Assembly: GCF_036321535.1 (NCBI RefSeq)
Contig: NC_087436.1
Location: 91,886,001 to 91,950,000, forward strand
DNA from: Camelus dromedarius
Taxonomy: Eukaryota
Reading direction: 5' to 3'
DNA length: 64,000 nt
Part shown: in pieces, positions 1 through 14,465 of the stretch
Layout: each line of letters opens with the position of its first letter
How positions within the stretch are numbered: position 1 is the first letter of the stretch
The notes under the pieces: model-generated
The model's database searches: none
Seen by the model: the letters and a program-made list of their open reading frames with translations, nothing else
What the model was told of the DNA's origin: nothing
Program-made: the position numbers and the translations under genes

Positions 1-1154
1 TAAAGACACAGGATAACTGGAAGTGACAAAGTATCAATAGCCCAACTGGAGGCTTAAGAAGGAACCCTGGGGAAGCATAAGCCACCAAGAATTTCTTCTC
101 CTACACAAATACATGAATTTTCAGACCAAAACCTGATGTGAAGACCAATTAAGCTCCATCAGTAGAATTTTAGATTTGAGACAGATATTTGAAAAGCAAG
201 ATTGAAAAAACATGTCTTCTTATTCTCAACCCATATTAAAGCAACAAGAGATTTCAGGCAGAAGATCAGCCTTGGAGATCGAGACAGACAATCTTCCCCA
301 CTCACAGAAAGGAAAGAGAGAAGATAAGTACTGAAAGAGAACTAATTTTAAGGCTGCAAATCGGGAAATCAAGGTTATTGGGGTTGGACTGTTCTCAGGG
401 AAGAGTAATAAGTGAAATAAAAATGCTTAAGCTAGACTCCTGTGGTGTGTATGCTACCCAAGAAAGACACATCTCATCACTGACTGCAGTGCGTAGGCTG
501 AAGAGCCACAAAGTTGTTGAAACTACATGTTGAGTTGGGTAACTTTATCTCTGGCAGATGATAGAGGCTGGGGCACTGGGAAGCAGAGGACAGCAGCGGA
601 GAAGATCGAAGAAAGGAGCTCGAGGTTTGGAGGACTGTTGATGTCAACATGGCTAAGCAGGGTGTCCTATTCCCATAGGATGGCAAGTGAAAGCCAGACA
701 CAGACAATGAACTGGAACAGGGATCACAACTTAAATGCCTTCTGAGTCAGGGAGATGGAATAAACGAGCAATGAGAAATGAAAAGAAACAGAAGCAGACT
801 GGCCAATGGTAACCGTAGAGGGGTAGGCTGTGGCTAAACGAGGAAAGAAAGAAAGGAGGAAAGACATAAGGAAAGAAGGGATGGGGGAGGGAGGAAGGAA
901 GAAAGGATAGAAGAATAAATAGAGCTTAGAGCTTGTCTACTAAACAAAACACCTAGATTTTGTCCTGACTTAGTTTTGATACATGGACTGGAAAAAAAAA
1001 AAAAAAAAAAAAAAAGAGAGAGAACCTAAGAGATTGGAGGTTATCCAGAAGGAAAATAGCATGTTTATTAAAAGGATGTGGATTGAAAGTTTAGAAGGAC
1101 AAGAAGTATCCAGGAAAAAAAAGCATATATATATATATACACACACATAGATAC

Positions 1155-1355
1155 ATATTCTTTATTGCTTATCTGAAATTCACATTTAAGTGAGTGTTCA
1201 TTTTTTGTGTGCTTTGTACATTAACTCTTTTTTTTTAATTGAAGTACAGTCAATTACAATGTGTTGATCTCCGGTGTACAGCACAATGTCCCAGTCATGC
1301 TTATACATATATATATTCGTATTCATAGTGTTCTGTATTTCATCTGGCAAGTCTA
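1155..1355. mobile_element. MER53-like hAT MITE half, interrupted by a short L1 3' fragment (1200-1326, minus)
   Basis: ttatctgaaattcacatttaag...gtgttctgtatttcatctggcaag resembles the MER53 arm. Insert ttaattgaagtacagtcaattacaatgtg... is an L1 3' end flanked by agtgttc on both sides. Confidence 0.6.
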
Positions 1356-1359
1356 AAAG

Positions 1360-1820
1360 GATTGCATGGCAAAGCTAAAAGGATTTTGCATACATAATTA
1401 AGATTTCTAATCAGTTAACTTTAAGTTAATCAAAAGGAGATAACCCTGAGTGGGTCTCACTTGTTAAAGTGAGACCTATAAAGAAGGTGAAGTACCAGAG
1501 ATTCTCCTGCTGGCCTCCATGGAGAAGCAAACAACCGTGTTGTCAACTTTCTAGGGAAGGGGCAGCCTCTGGGATCTGAGGAGCTCAGTCATCCCATGGC
1601 AAGGAACTGATTTCTGCCAACAACCACATGAACTTGGAAGAAAATTCAAGTTTCAGATGAGACTGCAGCTCTGATTGACACCCTGTTTGTAGCCTTGTGA
1701 GACCTGGAGCAGAGAACTCAGCTAAGTGATACCCAGACGCCTAACCTCTGAAAATGGTGAATTATATTTTTAAGCCACTAAGCTTGTAGTGATTTGTTGT
1801 GACAACAGAAAATTAATACA
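1360..1820 (+). mobile_element. MaLR solo LTR (MLT1D/E/F-like)
   Basis: ctaatcagttaactttaagttaatcaaaaggagat...tttaagccactaagcttgtagtgatttgtt...aattaataca hallmark segments. Confidence 0.8.
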
Positions 1821-2214
1821 GAGTTATCTCAGATTTCTTAGCGAATTTAGAAATCAAGAACTTGAGTTTTGAGTCTGAGACTGACTGCCACTTTCCAGAT
1901 GAACTGGGTTAAGAGGATGCTGTTATACCTGTGATTGGGCTAGGTCTAACTTCAGTCTAAGTTCTTCCATTTCTAAAGAGTGAGGACCTCATGCCACAAA
2001 TCCTAAAGATAGTGCCCAATAAAGCAATTACCACCATTCTTTAGCTGTTCTGACAACTGGCTCATCAGCACTTCCACCGTTGCCCTGGAAATTCCTCTTT
2101 GCCCCCATACCTTCCCCATCTCCTTTAGAGAAGGAAGATTACAGCAGTCAACAAAACTTGACTACTCATGAAATAAGAGCATTCTCAGTAATTCAACAAC
2201 ACTTACTAAATTCT

Positions 2215-2385
2215 TAACAAGCCCTCACAACAACTCTGCAAGGCTGGGATTATTATTCACATTTTACTAATGAGTAAACAGGGCTCAGATGGATTAAATG
2301 ACTTTTAAGGTCACAGATACAGCAAATCATAGAGCTGAGATTAAAAACTAGTATGGTCTCATCAAAATCTATGTTCTCACTTCTG
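2215..2385 (-). mobile_element. MIR SINE
   Basis: cacattttactaatgagtaaacagggctcaga...aaggtcacag MIR core, antisense. Confidence 0.7.
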
Positions 2386-5300
2386 TGAAATAAGCCTTCT
2401 CATCAAAGCATAGTTCCTCCAGCTCAAGCCCCCATCCATGATCCACCCACACACCATTTAGTGATTTATAACTGGACCCAACATTGACATTAACTCTGTA
2501 ATCTAGGTTACCGATGAATTTTACCTATGAGGTTGTTTTTCCCATGTAGCCTGTGTATCCTCCACAGGTACTTGATACAGTAAACATGTAGAAGGTCAGA
2601 GAGTGGCAAACTTCCCGACCCAAAAATAAGTTTCTGCTGTATATCTCCGTGCTCACCTAATTCTATGGAGCTTTTACTTTCTGGATATAAAGAGAAATTA
2701 TATGAGCTTTGCAAAGAAAAATTACAAATGGCTTCTGCAGCCAAGGATAACTGCTAACACATGCCCAGGGCTTAATTACCCTCACTGTATAATGACTGCA
2801 TTCAGAATTCTGAAAAAAAGGATTCAGTTTTAATAGCCTATATTTCCTATTTCTAGATTTATAATTCTCTGGGAAATAAATGAATAGTGTTTTGCAACAT
2901 TTGCTCTGGTAGGCAAAGAGCTTACAATTTATGAGAAAACAGAATTTGAATAGATAAGTCATTCAGAAAGACTGCATCACATTTTATCAGATGCCAGAAT
3001 CAGGATGGTATTGATTTTTTTTAGATAACCTTTCATAACTGTAGCATATCTCTTAAATAAATATTAACTAGCAAGAGAAACATGTTTAATAGGGTATCAA
3101 TACCTTGAAAATACTTTTTACTCTACAGAGTGTTTCCTATTAATGTAAAATATATTTTCCAGGGCTTATATGATGATTAAAAGGCTACTGTAGCCTTAAA
3201 ACAATCACATAGACACACATATATAAAATAATAAATGCACATGCATACATATATATATCTTTACATGTACACATTTTGTATGTTATGTGCCTATGTGTGT
3301 GTATGAGTGTGTGATGTTAAATTCACATGATTTGCCCTAATACTGACTGATATGACTCCCAAGTGCCCTTTTGTTCATCTAAAGGGCGTCTGATGATGGA
3401 CAAAAATTTACCTTGTTTTGATTCTCCTTGGTCTGACTTAAGGCACAGCAAAATAACGCAAGCTCCGTTGGGCAGAAATTTTCATCCATTTTATCAGATC
3501 ACAAATATTGGAATCATGCCTGGGACACAGTAAATATATGCAAAATGAATATAATAAATAAATGGCCTAAGTTTTGACTATTTCTCCATATATGCAAATG
3601 GAGGACGGGAAGAAAATGTTAGGTGTTAGCAACACATCTTGCTTTAAAATGCAAATGCATTTAAATTTGTGAGCTTTTTACCTCCTTCTAGATAAAGTTT
3701 AGCCCACTCATTTTATTTCAACTGGAAAGATTGTGAGGTAGGATGAAAGCAGAGTGCATCTTTCTCAGTGAGGAAATGGAACAATTTTCAGTATCATTAG
3801 GATCATTTTAAATAACAGCAGTTTGAGGATGGATGGGTAATTGACATCCTTTTCCATTTTTCTCATTATGCTTTAAATTTTGTTTTAAAATCAGGGCTGC
3901 CATTCCTGCATATAATATATACTTATAGCATTGCAAAGTAAAATCTTACATTTTTAAAATGAGGACAATTACACACTTACAAGCAAGTACAACATTACTT
4001 CCTGTATGTGGAAGCCACATTGGTATAATTAAGCAATAATAATCATAGTACTTAACTAAAAATTAGGATTGAAAAAATAAAATATTCATCTTCCCTTAAG
4101 AGACACACCTTCTTCTATCTCCAGAAAAACACTGACAACAATTCCATTATGAATCTTTCATTAATGTATCAAATATGGTGCTAAGACCTAACTAGCCCGT
4201 ACGTGCTACTGCAGAAATAATAGCATTTAATCAGACCTTTAGACTTAAAATCATAAGTATTAAACCCAAAGTTTCTATGAGGCCTTATTATTCAGTGTTG
4301 CAAAGTATTTTGCAGAATTCTTTTCAAATATATTGGTGGTGAATTCATGAAGGCAGAGTAGCTCATTGATGAGATCACAAGAGACTCATTTCCAAAATCA
4401 GAAATTTCATCTAGAGCTAATTGGAAAGTTAGCCCCATAAAATTGTTTTAATGGTCAATATCCTGCCACTCTGCCTAATTTACCCAAAGGGAACAGTTTG
4501 GGGCTGATGAGTCAGAGGGATGAGTCAGAACTGCTAGGCTGTATGTGGTGGTGGAATCCTGCAAACAATTATTTCATTTCTAGACGCCACTTAGATAAAT
4601 AATGCATAACATTAGAACCCAGCATGAGGCTCAATATTTTGACTTAGGAACAGCTTTGTTCTTTCTCGCAGGGCAATTAATATCTGGTTAGCTGCCTCTG
4701 CGAATGATGAATTGTTTCTTAAAATGGTGTATGATTGCTTTTCACCTCTTCCCTTTGGCGCTTTGTTGCACATAATTTTTTTATGAGCCCTTGAGTGCCT
4801 GGATAGCAGTATAAGTGCATTCGAGCACCATGGAAATGGCCTTGAGACAAAAGCCTTAAGAACAGGCTTTTTCTGCATCACAGAATCAAATCAGATCTCT
4901 TGCAAAAAGGAGAAATCAAAAAACCAGCTTTCAGGGTTAACACTAAGATTCATGGGGAGGTATTTTATTGAGGACATTTCTTGAATATGGGAAAGTTCTC
5001 TTTACCCAGTTTCCACTGACTTTCCTGCAGTCGATGTGCCACTTTTACATACGCCCTTGCTATTGCTTAGGTTTCAAGTTCATGTGTCTGCAGACCCATA
5101 TGAAAAATGAATTATCCGTCAATGCGTGAGCTGGGGGAAATATGTGCAGGCAAAGCTACCTTATGCTTTAAAAGGAAAATACAGTGGCTTGAGATCCTGA
5201 GCAGTTTCCAGTAAATCACAGACACGACGTCCACAAACTTCTTTCTACTGATGAGGCATGTTGCATTCTTACTCTCACTCCCTCATTGCTGAGATGAAGA

Positions 5301-5830
5301 GCATACGAACACCGAGAAGTGGCATCTGCCTTGAACGGTTCAAAACAAAGGGCCAGCAAAAGCCACAGGTCTGACAATCCCAAGATCTGCAGTAAATGTC
5401 CACAGAACTGGTTAATTAAAGGGAAGAGATTATAGATTTTATCAAGAACTTTTTAACAATGGGCTGCTTAAACAGTTACTCAGAATGTCTGCTTCTGAAT
5501 AACTTGCTGTAAATAATGTACATTTCAAATGAACACAAAGTCTGATTTCTGCTGTTTGGCTTTTTCCAAAAGTGTTAGTTCAGTTATCAATGATAAAACA
5601 AGAACGTTTGATGTCTTTGGGTAACTTCCTTAGCACTGGCCCAAGTGTTGAAATACTGAAACCAAAGGCAAATTCAAGAAAACAGGAAGCAAGTTGACTG
5701 AACGTGAATGAGTAAGGCATCGCAGGTCACGCTGCAGTGCCACACACTTCACAAGACAAAGCCTTCGGTGTGGGATTGGGTTCAGGAGTAAAAGGAATCA
5801 CGTTTTCTTGTATTTTCCTTTGTTTGCACT

Positions 5831-6192
5831 TGTCTTAGTCTGTTCAGGCTTCTATAGCAGAATAACATGGACTGGGTGGCTTACAAATAACAAACATTTA
5901 TTTCTCGCACTTCTGAGTCTGGGGAAGACCAAGACCCAGGAGCCAGCAGGTTCAGTATCTTCTGAGGACCCTTCCTCCTGGTTCTTGCTGGGTCCTCACA
6001 AGGCAGAAGACACAAGGAGTTCTCGGGGCGGGAGGGCTCTTCCACAAGGGCACTAATCCCATTCATGTGGACTCCACCCTCATGACCTAATCACCTCTGA
6101 GAGCCCCACCTCCAAACAGTTTCACAGTAGGGGGTTAGAATTTCAATATACGAGTTTGGGGAGGGGGTGCTGTGCACATTCAGTTCATTGCA
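5831..6192 (-). mobile_element. MaLR solo LTR (MLT1A-like)
   Basis: tgtcttagtctgttcaggct...gggcactaatcccattcatg...ctcatgacctaatcacctc...cattcagttcattgca. Confidence 0.85.
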
Positions 6193-6964
6193 CTGTTGAA
6201 AAGCAGAGAGCAATTGCAAACAAAAGGAAGAAAAATGTTTCAAAACTTATCTAGAGAGAAATCAAGAGAAAGAATCCAAGTAGAGTTGTCAGTAAAACCA
6301 TACTTTCTCATCTTGCAGTCTATGATTGTTTTCTCACTGTTTTATTATTTCAGGTCTAAATCTTCTTTCAGGGATGAACTATCTTTCGTTCACTTGTATG
6401 CTCACTTACACTCCCTCACTCTCTTTACATTGAATTTAAAGGTATTTTAGAGATTTGAAAGTAATTCTTCAAAATGTTTTTTATATAGATGTGTATTTTT
6501 TCCAGAGAGAGAAGTACATAGATGAATAGAAAACATGCACATATTTCTTATTTTCCTAGAGAAGAACTGGTCTTGTAGTTTCCTGTCCCAGAACAGACTG
6601 ATATTGATACAAACATCTATCCATTAACTAAAGCATTGGTATATTAATCCCAGAAAGAATCCTTACTGAAAATGGATGTGCTGGTGGAAAGAAAGGAAAG
6701 CCACTGCCTCTTCCACTAACTTTCTTGTAGGTGGAAGAAATAACTGCTGAATCACGGACGGCGTGTTGAGCTTCAAGCGATCTTTCCGGAAAAAGAATGA
6801 CTACTTGAGAAATAATTTATTCTGAAAGTTGCTCAATCTTTCCCGTCGGCATAACTTATTAATACCCTTAATGGCTTTCCTGCAGTTGTTGTTTTATCCT
6901 GTACGTGCAGCTGGAATGAAAAGGTTAATCATAGCTCACGAGGGTTTATTATTGTTGGAGGCAA

Positions 6965-7085
6965 TTATTGGTCTGAATGGAGTCCAGGTACTTCGAACCC
7001 TCCAGCATGATGAAGAAACCAGTTCTGAACCGGGCTCATGCCCTGCATGCTACGGAGTGCATGACAATTTCCACTCTCAACAAAT
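6965..7085 (-). pseudogene. Terminal coding exon: (R)FVESGNCHALRSMQGMSPVQNWFLHHAGGFEVPGLHSDQ*
   Basis: Acceptor TTTTTTAAACTCCAG|A. Phase 2 matches the GAG AG| end of the 17589 exon. 39 open codons to TAA; minus-strand AATAAA at 6945-6950 and 6816-6821. Confidence 0.65.
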
Positions 7086-7269
7086 CTGGAGTTTAAAAAA
7101 CATGGGAAAGTTAAAGGGGCCCATCCAGCACCTGTTTACTGCTGGCTGCATAAGTCAAACTTAACATCGGATAAACTGGCTTTTTTTTCAATTGACCTAA
7201 CAATTTCCAATTAATTATTAAGAGTGTCATTTCCAGAGTCAGAATGACTGAATACAAAGTTAAGTGTTG

Positions 7270-7470
7270 CAAGTTTTAACCTGTATGACCCTGGGCCGGT
7301 TGTTTTACCTCAGTATCCTTCGGCACAGTTTATTTATTCATAAAATGAGGATAATTGAAGCACTTAATCTCCAGGATGGTGGTGAGCCTAAAGTACAGCA
7401 ATCCGTGGAAAAGGCTCAGCCCAGTGCCTAACACACAGCAAGCACTTGGGGAATGTCAGCAGTTATTATG
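7270..7470 (+). mobile_element. MIR SINE
   Basis: ctgtatgaccctgggc...cataaaatgaggataatt...cccagtgcctaacacacagcaagcact. Confidence 0.7.
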
Positions 7471-8924
7471 ATGTGAATATTATCATTATTTTTGTTACTG
7501 TCCCAGTAGGATGAAAATGAAAGGTAATAAAAGGAGCCTGAAACCCAACAGAGATTGTTTTAAACTTAAAAATAATGACACATGTACAAAATTCCATTTA
7601 TGAGTTCTCAGGGCTGAAATACAGCAACATCCTCAATCCCCGGCATTCTTAAGAAAATGTGCTGTCGTTTGTCTGTAAATTTGACACTGCTGACTCAACT
7701 GTCCTCCAGTCTGAATGAGGTTTCCGTCATGGTTATGGCTGTTCACTGAGTTGCATACAACCTTTATTGTGGTAACTAATGGCACACATTTTTTCCAAAG
7801 AGTAACAGGGTACATGATAGGTCGTAATAGTTGAATGGCAGACATAATAGTAAACCGCTCAATAAAACCATGATACTGTAGCTTCCTTATAATTCATGTT
7901 TTTGGATGTTTTTATTAGAATGGAGCCAGTACATCTTTGTTCATATCATCACAAAATGTTAACTATTATTAGCAAAACACTTTCAAAGCAAGAATATCTA
8001 ATATTTTGTAGTCTGAAATTTTGTATCCTCTATTGTCCACGAGTCCAGTCTTACTGAAAAACTAAGCCATACGTCTTGGGGGTAATTTTCTTCCATTCTA
8101 GAGGATGCTGCCATTTAATGGTGCTCCTTCCTGTGGAACTCTGGCCAACAGCTTAAAATGCCAGATGAGGGGATTTGCCACCAGAAACCTGACATCATCT
8201 GTTGGCTAGAAAGAGACCAATGATAGTTCCTGTCCGGGAAATAATATTTGTTTTCTGTAATAGCAGTCACTAAATGAAAACCCCAAATTTATTTCATTTG
8301 CTTGTGACGAGAAGGATTCTCTTCATTGGCCACACCCCTTCCTCAGACCTTGCTAAGATAAGGTAAGGGGGCTGTGAGAAATCCAAGGGAAAATAAGCAG
8401 AGGAATATAAACGTTTAGTTTAATTACTTGCCGGGTGTATATTATAGATGGTGGATCCACCAAGTCTTGCAGACAGCATTTTCTAGGGCCAGACCTTGAT
8501 GAACAGACTTCCCCTTCCCTTCTTTCATTTGAAGATTAATGCTTATCATCTCCTCTCCTCCCCTCTCTCAAAAACAGGGCTCTCAAAAAGTAAGATGGAT
8601 GGAAATGAATGATGGACCCTTCTACCACAGGCAGAGAAGGAAAGGTGAGGCAGCTCCTCGCAAGGAGGTGGAGGGGCAGAGGTGATGAGGGAAAGCAGGG
8701 GAGATTGCACAGGGCTGGGGACCTGCCAAAGCCAGAGTGGGAAGAGGGACAGCCAGAATGGGGGACAGACTTAGAGAAGGTATCACGATGGGGTAGTCAG
8801 GGATGGAGTGAACACCTCCCAGTCAAGGATGAGTTGAATAGAGAGGACAAGCCACTGAAATGACACCATTTGCACGCTATTCAACTTTTATAAAATAGGA
8901 ATCAATCCAAAGTAAAAGGTATTT

Positions 8925-9248
8925 TGTACATTTTTGTGTCCCCCCTAAAATTTACATATTAATGCCCTAGCCTCCAGGACCTCAGAATGTAACTGTATTT
9001 GGAGATTAGATCTTTAAATAGGCAATTACATTAAAGCAAGGTCTTTTAAGGTGGGCCCTAATCCAATGTGACTGGAAATTCGGACACAGACATATGTGCA
9101 CACAAGTATGAAGACAGAAAGAGGATATCAAAGATAGACTTACAAACCAAGGAGAGAACCTTCAGAAGGAAACAACAGAAATGCATTTCTGTTTAAGCCA
9201 GCCAGACTGCGGTGCTTCGTTATGGTAACCCTAAGCAAACGAATATAC
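8925..9248 (+). mobile_element. MaLR solo LTR (MLT1B/C-like)
   Basis: tgtgtcccccctaaaatt...cctcagaatgtaactgtatttggaga...ggtgggccctaatccaatgtgactgg...gcaaacgaata. Confidence 0.8.
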
Positions 9249-10629
9249 CTGGTCTCTGACGAGCTTTTGTCTAAGTTACAGGAATATCATTTATTGACGA
9301 GTGTTACTACCCCACTGTCCAGCTTTTAATGCCTGATCCTAGAATTTAACAAATAATAAAGCACTGCTAAGTTTCCAGCGTGGTGACAGGTGCAAAATTT
9401 GCAGGGATGAATGTGACTTTGCCTGCGCTCTGTGCTGCCTACATTCTCACTGGGGAGACATGGGTGTAAAAATATACATTTAGGTGGAAACTGGCCGGGG
9501 CGGTGTGGGAGAGCCAAGGAGGGAACGACTGCCCAGCCTTTGTAGTTGGGGGAGACCCTGGGACAGTCTGGTAGAGAAACCCTCTGGTTAAAGCGTCCTC
9601 AAAAGGTAGGTTGAAAAGCAAGGATCAAAATGTCATTTTCTGCTGTTGTATGTAAATATTTTATAAATAATAAAATTGTTAAAGCTTAGGGATTTTAGGA
9701 TTCTAGTATTATTCAGGGTCAATGTTCCTTACTGAAGCAACCCTTTAATGCTGAGCATATCCATAGCATGCTATTTGCGCATCTCCTAGGGGCATGTATT
9801 AAGAGGCTTTTGTCAGCAAATGGAAGACACCCGGCTCATGCTTCTTAAGAAACATGAGAACATGTTGACTCACGCAGGTTAAAATCCCACTCACATGCTT
9901 ACTGCAAGCACAGCTGCGTCTGGGAACACAACTGATGTCACAAGGACTCTCTCATTTCTCTCTCCCCCATCTCTTGGCACTATTTTCTTCTAGTTTAATG
10001 TCCTTCTCATTTACACTCTTGACTCTATGGTCGTTCTTGGCACCTCTAGATTTAGAAGGGAGGAGTAGAGAGCGGATCATATCAGCGGTAAGAGGAAGCA
10101 GATCCTTCCGCCCAGATGACCCAGTTGCGGAGGTGGGGCAGTTTCTATAAAAGCTTGAGCTTCACGCTCCCTGTTCTTTTGTGATCAAGTAGGAGGCCAG
10201 TGGGAGTGTTCCTTCACATCATAATTAAAACTAGGGATACCTACAGACCTAGAGTTTTCCAGTAAAATAGATCAGCAACATTTTTAGTATTTTATCTCAT
10301 CAGAAACACCTTATTTCACATATTCATCATGAGGGAAATGCGATGGCTTGTGGAATAGAATATGCTTACTGGTCAGACCTAAAGAAGTGCCCACCTTAGA
10401 AACTGGGGGCATAGACTGCACCAAAGACTAAACCCTGCTTGCGCCATGTGGGGTGTGTTAAAATTGAGGTGGCATTTAGATAAAGTGTAATGCATGAAGC
10501 ACAGACACAAAACAATAATTATATACATCCTAGTTAATACAGAATTATTTTGATTTCACATGTGTATGTCTTATCTCTCCTACTTTGACTCCGATATAAA
10601 CATTTCTTCAATTTGTCCTATGTTAAAAA

Positions 10630-10870
10630 GAGCAAAGATGCTTACAGTATGTAATATGCGTCAAGCACTGTTCTTTGTAAATATTAACTTATTTAATAAG
10701 AATATATAATATACCTTTATTGTTCCCATTTTACAGGTAAGGAACTGAAGCCTTCCAAGGGTTAAGTGACCTTTGCAAGGTCATGTAGATAGGGGTCAGA
10801 GCCAGAATTCAAACACAGCGTGGCTCCAGAGTTCATCATCTTTTTTTTACTACGTTATATTACTACTTCC
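10630..10870 (-). mobile_element. MIR SINE
   Basis: cccattttacaggtaaggaactgaagc...gttaagtgacctttgcaaggtca...gagccagaattcaaac. Confidence 0.75.
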
Positions 10871-11540
10871 AGTAGGTGGTGTTCAATTAGCGTGTACTGA
10901 GTGATTAAATGACTGGAGATGTGATAGATAAATACAGCTTCAGCCTCAAAGCAAGGAACTGAATCTAGTATTCTTGATTATTGCACTAAGATTTTATTCA
11001 CAAGACCATACTGCCTCTGGAATGATTCACTTTGGTGTTCTTCTGAATTAATTTTAAAATTTTCTGAATTAGACTATCTTTTCATTGGTATGCATCCATC
11101 CTTATTTCCGAATGAGAATAGATTTTTCTTCTAACCAGTGTCCCACTTATTTATTTCATCTTGTTTAGCTTAAGATCCTCTCCTAAAAGCTCTGGGAATC
11201 TAGAGAGTTCTAAATCAGGATGCTAATCTGTAAGATTCATTTAATCAAATGTTACCAGTCCTGTCAAAATATTAAAGATGTGATTTAATACCCTGTTAGA
11301 AACATATTTACACACAGGAGATTTTTACAGTACTTAGGTTTCTGTCTGCAAGAAAATGGTGAATGTGTGCATGTATACATTCTACTTTCTGTATAAATAT
11401 ATCCATGTTTTCTACACTATTACACAAGGGCAATTTTCCATTATGAATCAGCTTTGGTCTAGTCTACAGAGTAATTAATTATAGTCTGAACCTGATGAGT
11501 TTTAGCCTTCGAACCATGCATTCATGGATATTGAGTCTGT

Positions 11541-11543
11541 ACA

Positions 11544-11575
<32 letters not shown>
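11541..11575. repeat. (CA)n microsatellite
   Basis: Directly visible. Confidence 0.95.
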
Positions 11576-11576
<1 letters not shown>

Positions 11577-14247
11577 CCTTATCTTCTACCCTACAGCCAC
11601 CCCTGCTGGTGCTGCTGTCATGCACCAAATCCTTGCTTAATTGGCTCAGAGGTATCAAAAGCTCAGAAGAGATGGCACTGAAAGTTCTTGTGAGTTAAGA
11701 ACAGTCTGGCCCAAAAGTATTCCTCTTGATACTAGATAGAAGTTTGGCCTAAACAGAGCTCCCTAAAGCTGCCTCTGCTCTCCAGAAGCCAAATGACAGA
11801 CAGGTTTGTCTTTCCCTATCCACCATTCAAATAGATGATCAGAGGATTCTTGGCTATGGATTTCTTTATTTCTATTTTTAACCAATTTATTAATTCACCA
11901 GAAAACAGCCATTGCATAACTAAAAGGTGAGTGGTAATAGATGCATTTAACAAGTTATCATGAGTTTTATTTTGTGAGGAAAAGTGGTAAATGTTTAATT
12001 TGATAAAAGTCTTTAGGATACACCCAAACTCAATGAATCTTACTAAATTCCAATAATCATAATAACAACAATATAAATATGGGAAAAGAAACACTGTGCT
12101 TCTGTTTGAAATCATGGAAGAAAGATAATCTGTAGGGGGAGCATTTCCCAAGAAGAAAGAAGGAACACAGAATTATAAATTAGTAAAGTTAAAAATATAG
12201 TCAGACTTTAGTAATATTAAAAATGTTATAGATATTCAATTAAGCTTTTGAATTATTTGTATAAACTTTATATATACATAAAAACAAATATACATGTACA
12301 TATATAATATAACATATACATAGAAACTTTATATGTACATATATGCATGTTTTAGATATATTTTATATTTCTTTATATTTCAAAATCATGAGTCAGGGTT
12401 ACCTAAAATTCAAGTCTAGAAATCAGTCATAGAAAACCGCACAGTACAGAGAAAACAGCTAAACAATCTCACAAATTTCAATCTTGTTTTTCTTTACTTT
12501 CAAAGACCGTTAATAAAAGATTTTTGTACTTCAGATGAAAATTCTGCCATATTCTCTTAATCATTCCTGTCAGTTCTAACTCCATTATCTGCCTTTTTTT
12601 TATAGCCACAAGTTTAGACACTATTCCTATAGTTTTCTTAAGTGTTACTAGTTCTCTCAGTTGACATCAATGTGCAGAGATGAACATTTAGAATCTAGTT
12701 ATCAGCTTTCTTGTCATTTAGATTGTCAGTTTCATTCATCTTCCCATGAGCGAGTCACTATGAAATAACTTAGACCTATCAAAGGAAAATGAACTCGTGG
12801 GGCTTCTCACTGTTTCCAGTCCTATTCAATGTAATTATTAGTTCCTTATGTGCACAGGCTTTTGGTATTCAGAATTTGGAAAAAATTAGATCTGATTATT
12901 ACCAAGAAAAATGTCAACTTTTTCATTATCATTTTAAAACACTCACTGATAGCTATCAAATTTTCCAAATGATAATATGCTCTGAAAAGTTGACATTTTT
13001 CTTGGTAATAATAAGGTCTAATTTTAGAAGTGGAAAAAAATGGTCAATTGCTATCCTCTTTGGGCTTTTGATGGGCTGTATTTGAAAAGACAAAAAAAGA
13101 TGAATGTGCATCTTAACATGTTTGGAAAAGTCCCATCAAAAGACATTGAAGAGTCAACATTAGGCAGCCAAGGAAACTGTGGCATTGAAGATCCTTAACA
13201 GAAGACCTAAATAAAGGACTAAAATAAATTATTACAATGCAAATACTGAAACACATATAATGGAATCATGTAACATGCAATCTTTTTCAATTAAATGGTC
13301 AACTGTACACTGGCTGAGGGGGAAACAAATGTATATAATCATTAAAAAGCAAATAAGGAGAAAACCATGCAGTACTGTCAATACTGAGCTAAAATCCCTG
13401 ATTAAAATGCACAGGTTTCCAGCTAACTTGCCGTGTGACCTGAAAGCGTGATTTGTCTTCCCTGAAAGCTATGGTCGGCATGAGGCGAGGTGTCTGGTCA
13501 GGTCACCCTGGGCCCTTGAAATCTAGTGACATACAGAACAGTCAAGCAGAAACCCCTATAGAGTGTAAACACGTGAAGAAATACCTGGAGTGAGGTGCCT
13601 GATTGGAATACTATCAAACCACAAAGAAAAGGCAGAAAAGGTCCAGGGAAGGAAAAATGAAGGAAAGTATACAAATACAAAAATCATAAAGGAAAGTCAA
13701 TAAATACTTCAAGACAAACATTTTTGAGTAGTTTTGATGTGTCAGTTATTGTGCTAAATGCTTTCACTTGTTATGTAATTTAGTCCCAGAAACAATTTAT
13801 GTGATGTGCTCAGTACAGTTTCTGCTACATGGTCAAGCTCTACAAGGCAGCAGTGGCCATGACTATTAGTTTTGTTAATCATGCTCATTGCCATTAATTT
13901 TTCTTTAAGATGTAATGATATTAAGTGAAGAGGAAAGATATGTGTCTGGGGTGGGAGAGGGGCAGGACATATTTATTAATGTGCCAGATTTTTACATGAC
14001 TTAGTGTATATCAACTTAAAATAACTCTGGGAAGTAACTTCATCATCCTCAATTTAGGGATAATAATGCTGAAATTTTCTCTTTCCTCTTAAATTATTTT
14101 TTTCCATACTCTCTTTCTTACCTTTGCTCTTTCCTTCCCTCCTTCTTTTCTTCCTCCTTTTATTTATTTATCTGCTTTCTCTCAAGGAACCAGAGAATAG
14201 TTGGTTTGCTTAGCTACAAAAATAGATATAATTCAAACTAAAATAAA

Positions 14248-14285
<38 letters not shown>

Positions 14286-14360
14286 CACTATATATACACA
14301 CACACATATATATATAAAATATACACAATGTGTGTATATTAATGAAAAGAAGGGAATCTT

Positions 14361-14427
14361 TATTAAAGTTTAGTTGATTTACAATGTTGTGTTAGTTTCT
14401 GGTGCACAGAATAGTGATTTAATTGTG

Positions 14428-14465
<38 letters not shown>

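Noticed and set aside
6829..7164. 111-aa + strand ORF (likewise + ORFs at 17652, 22567, 32352, 35773, 41680, 41810, 56272, 58148)
   Set aside because: Antisense shadows of the minus-strand exon relics; the splice signals are on the minus strand.
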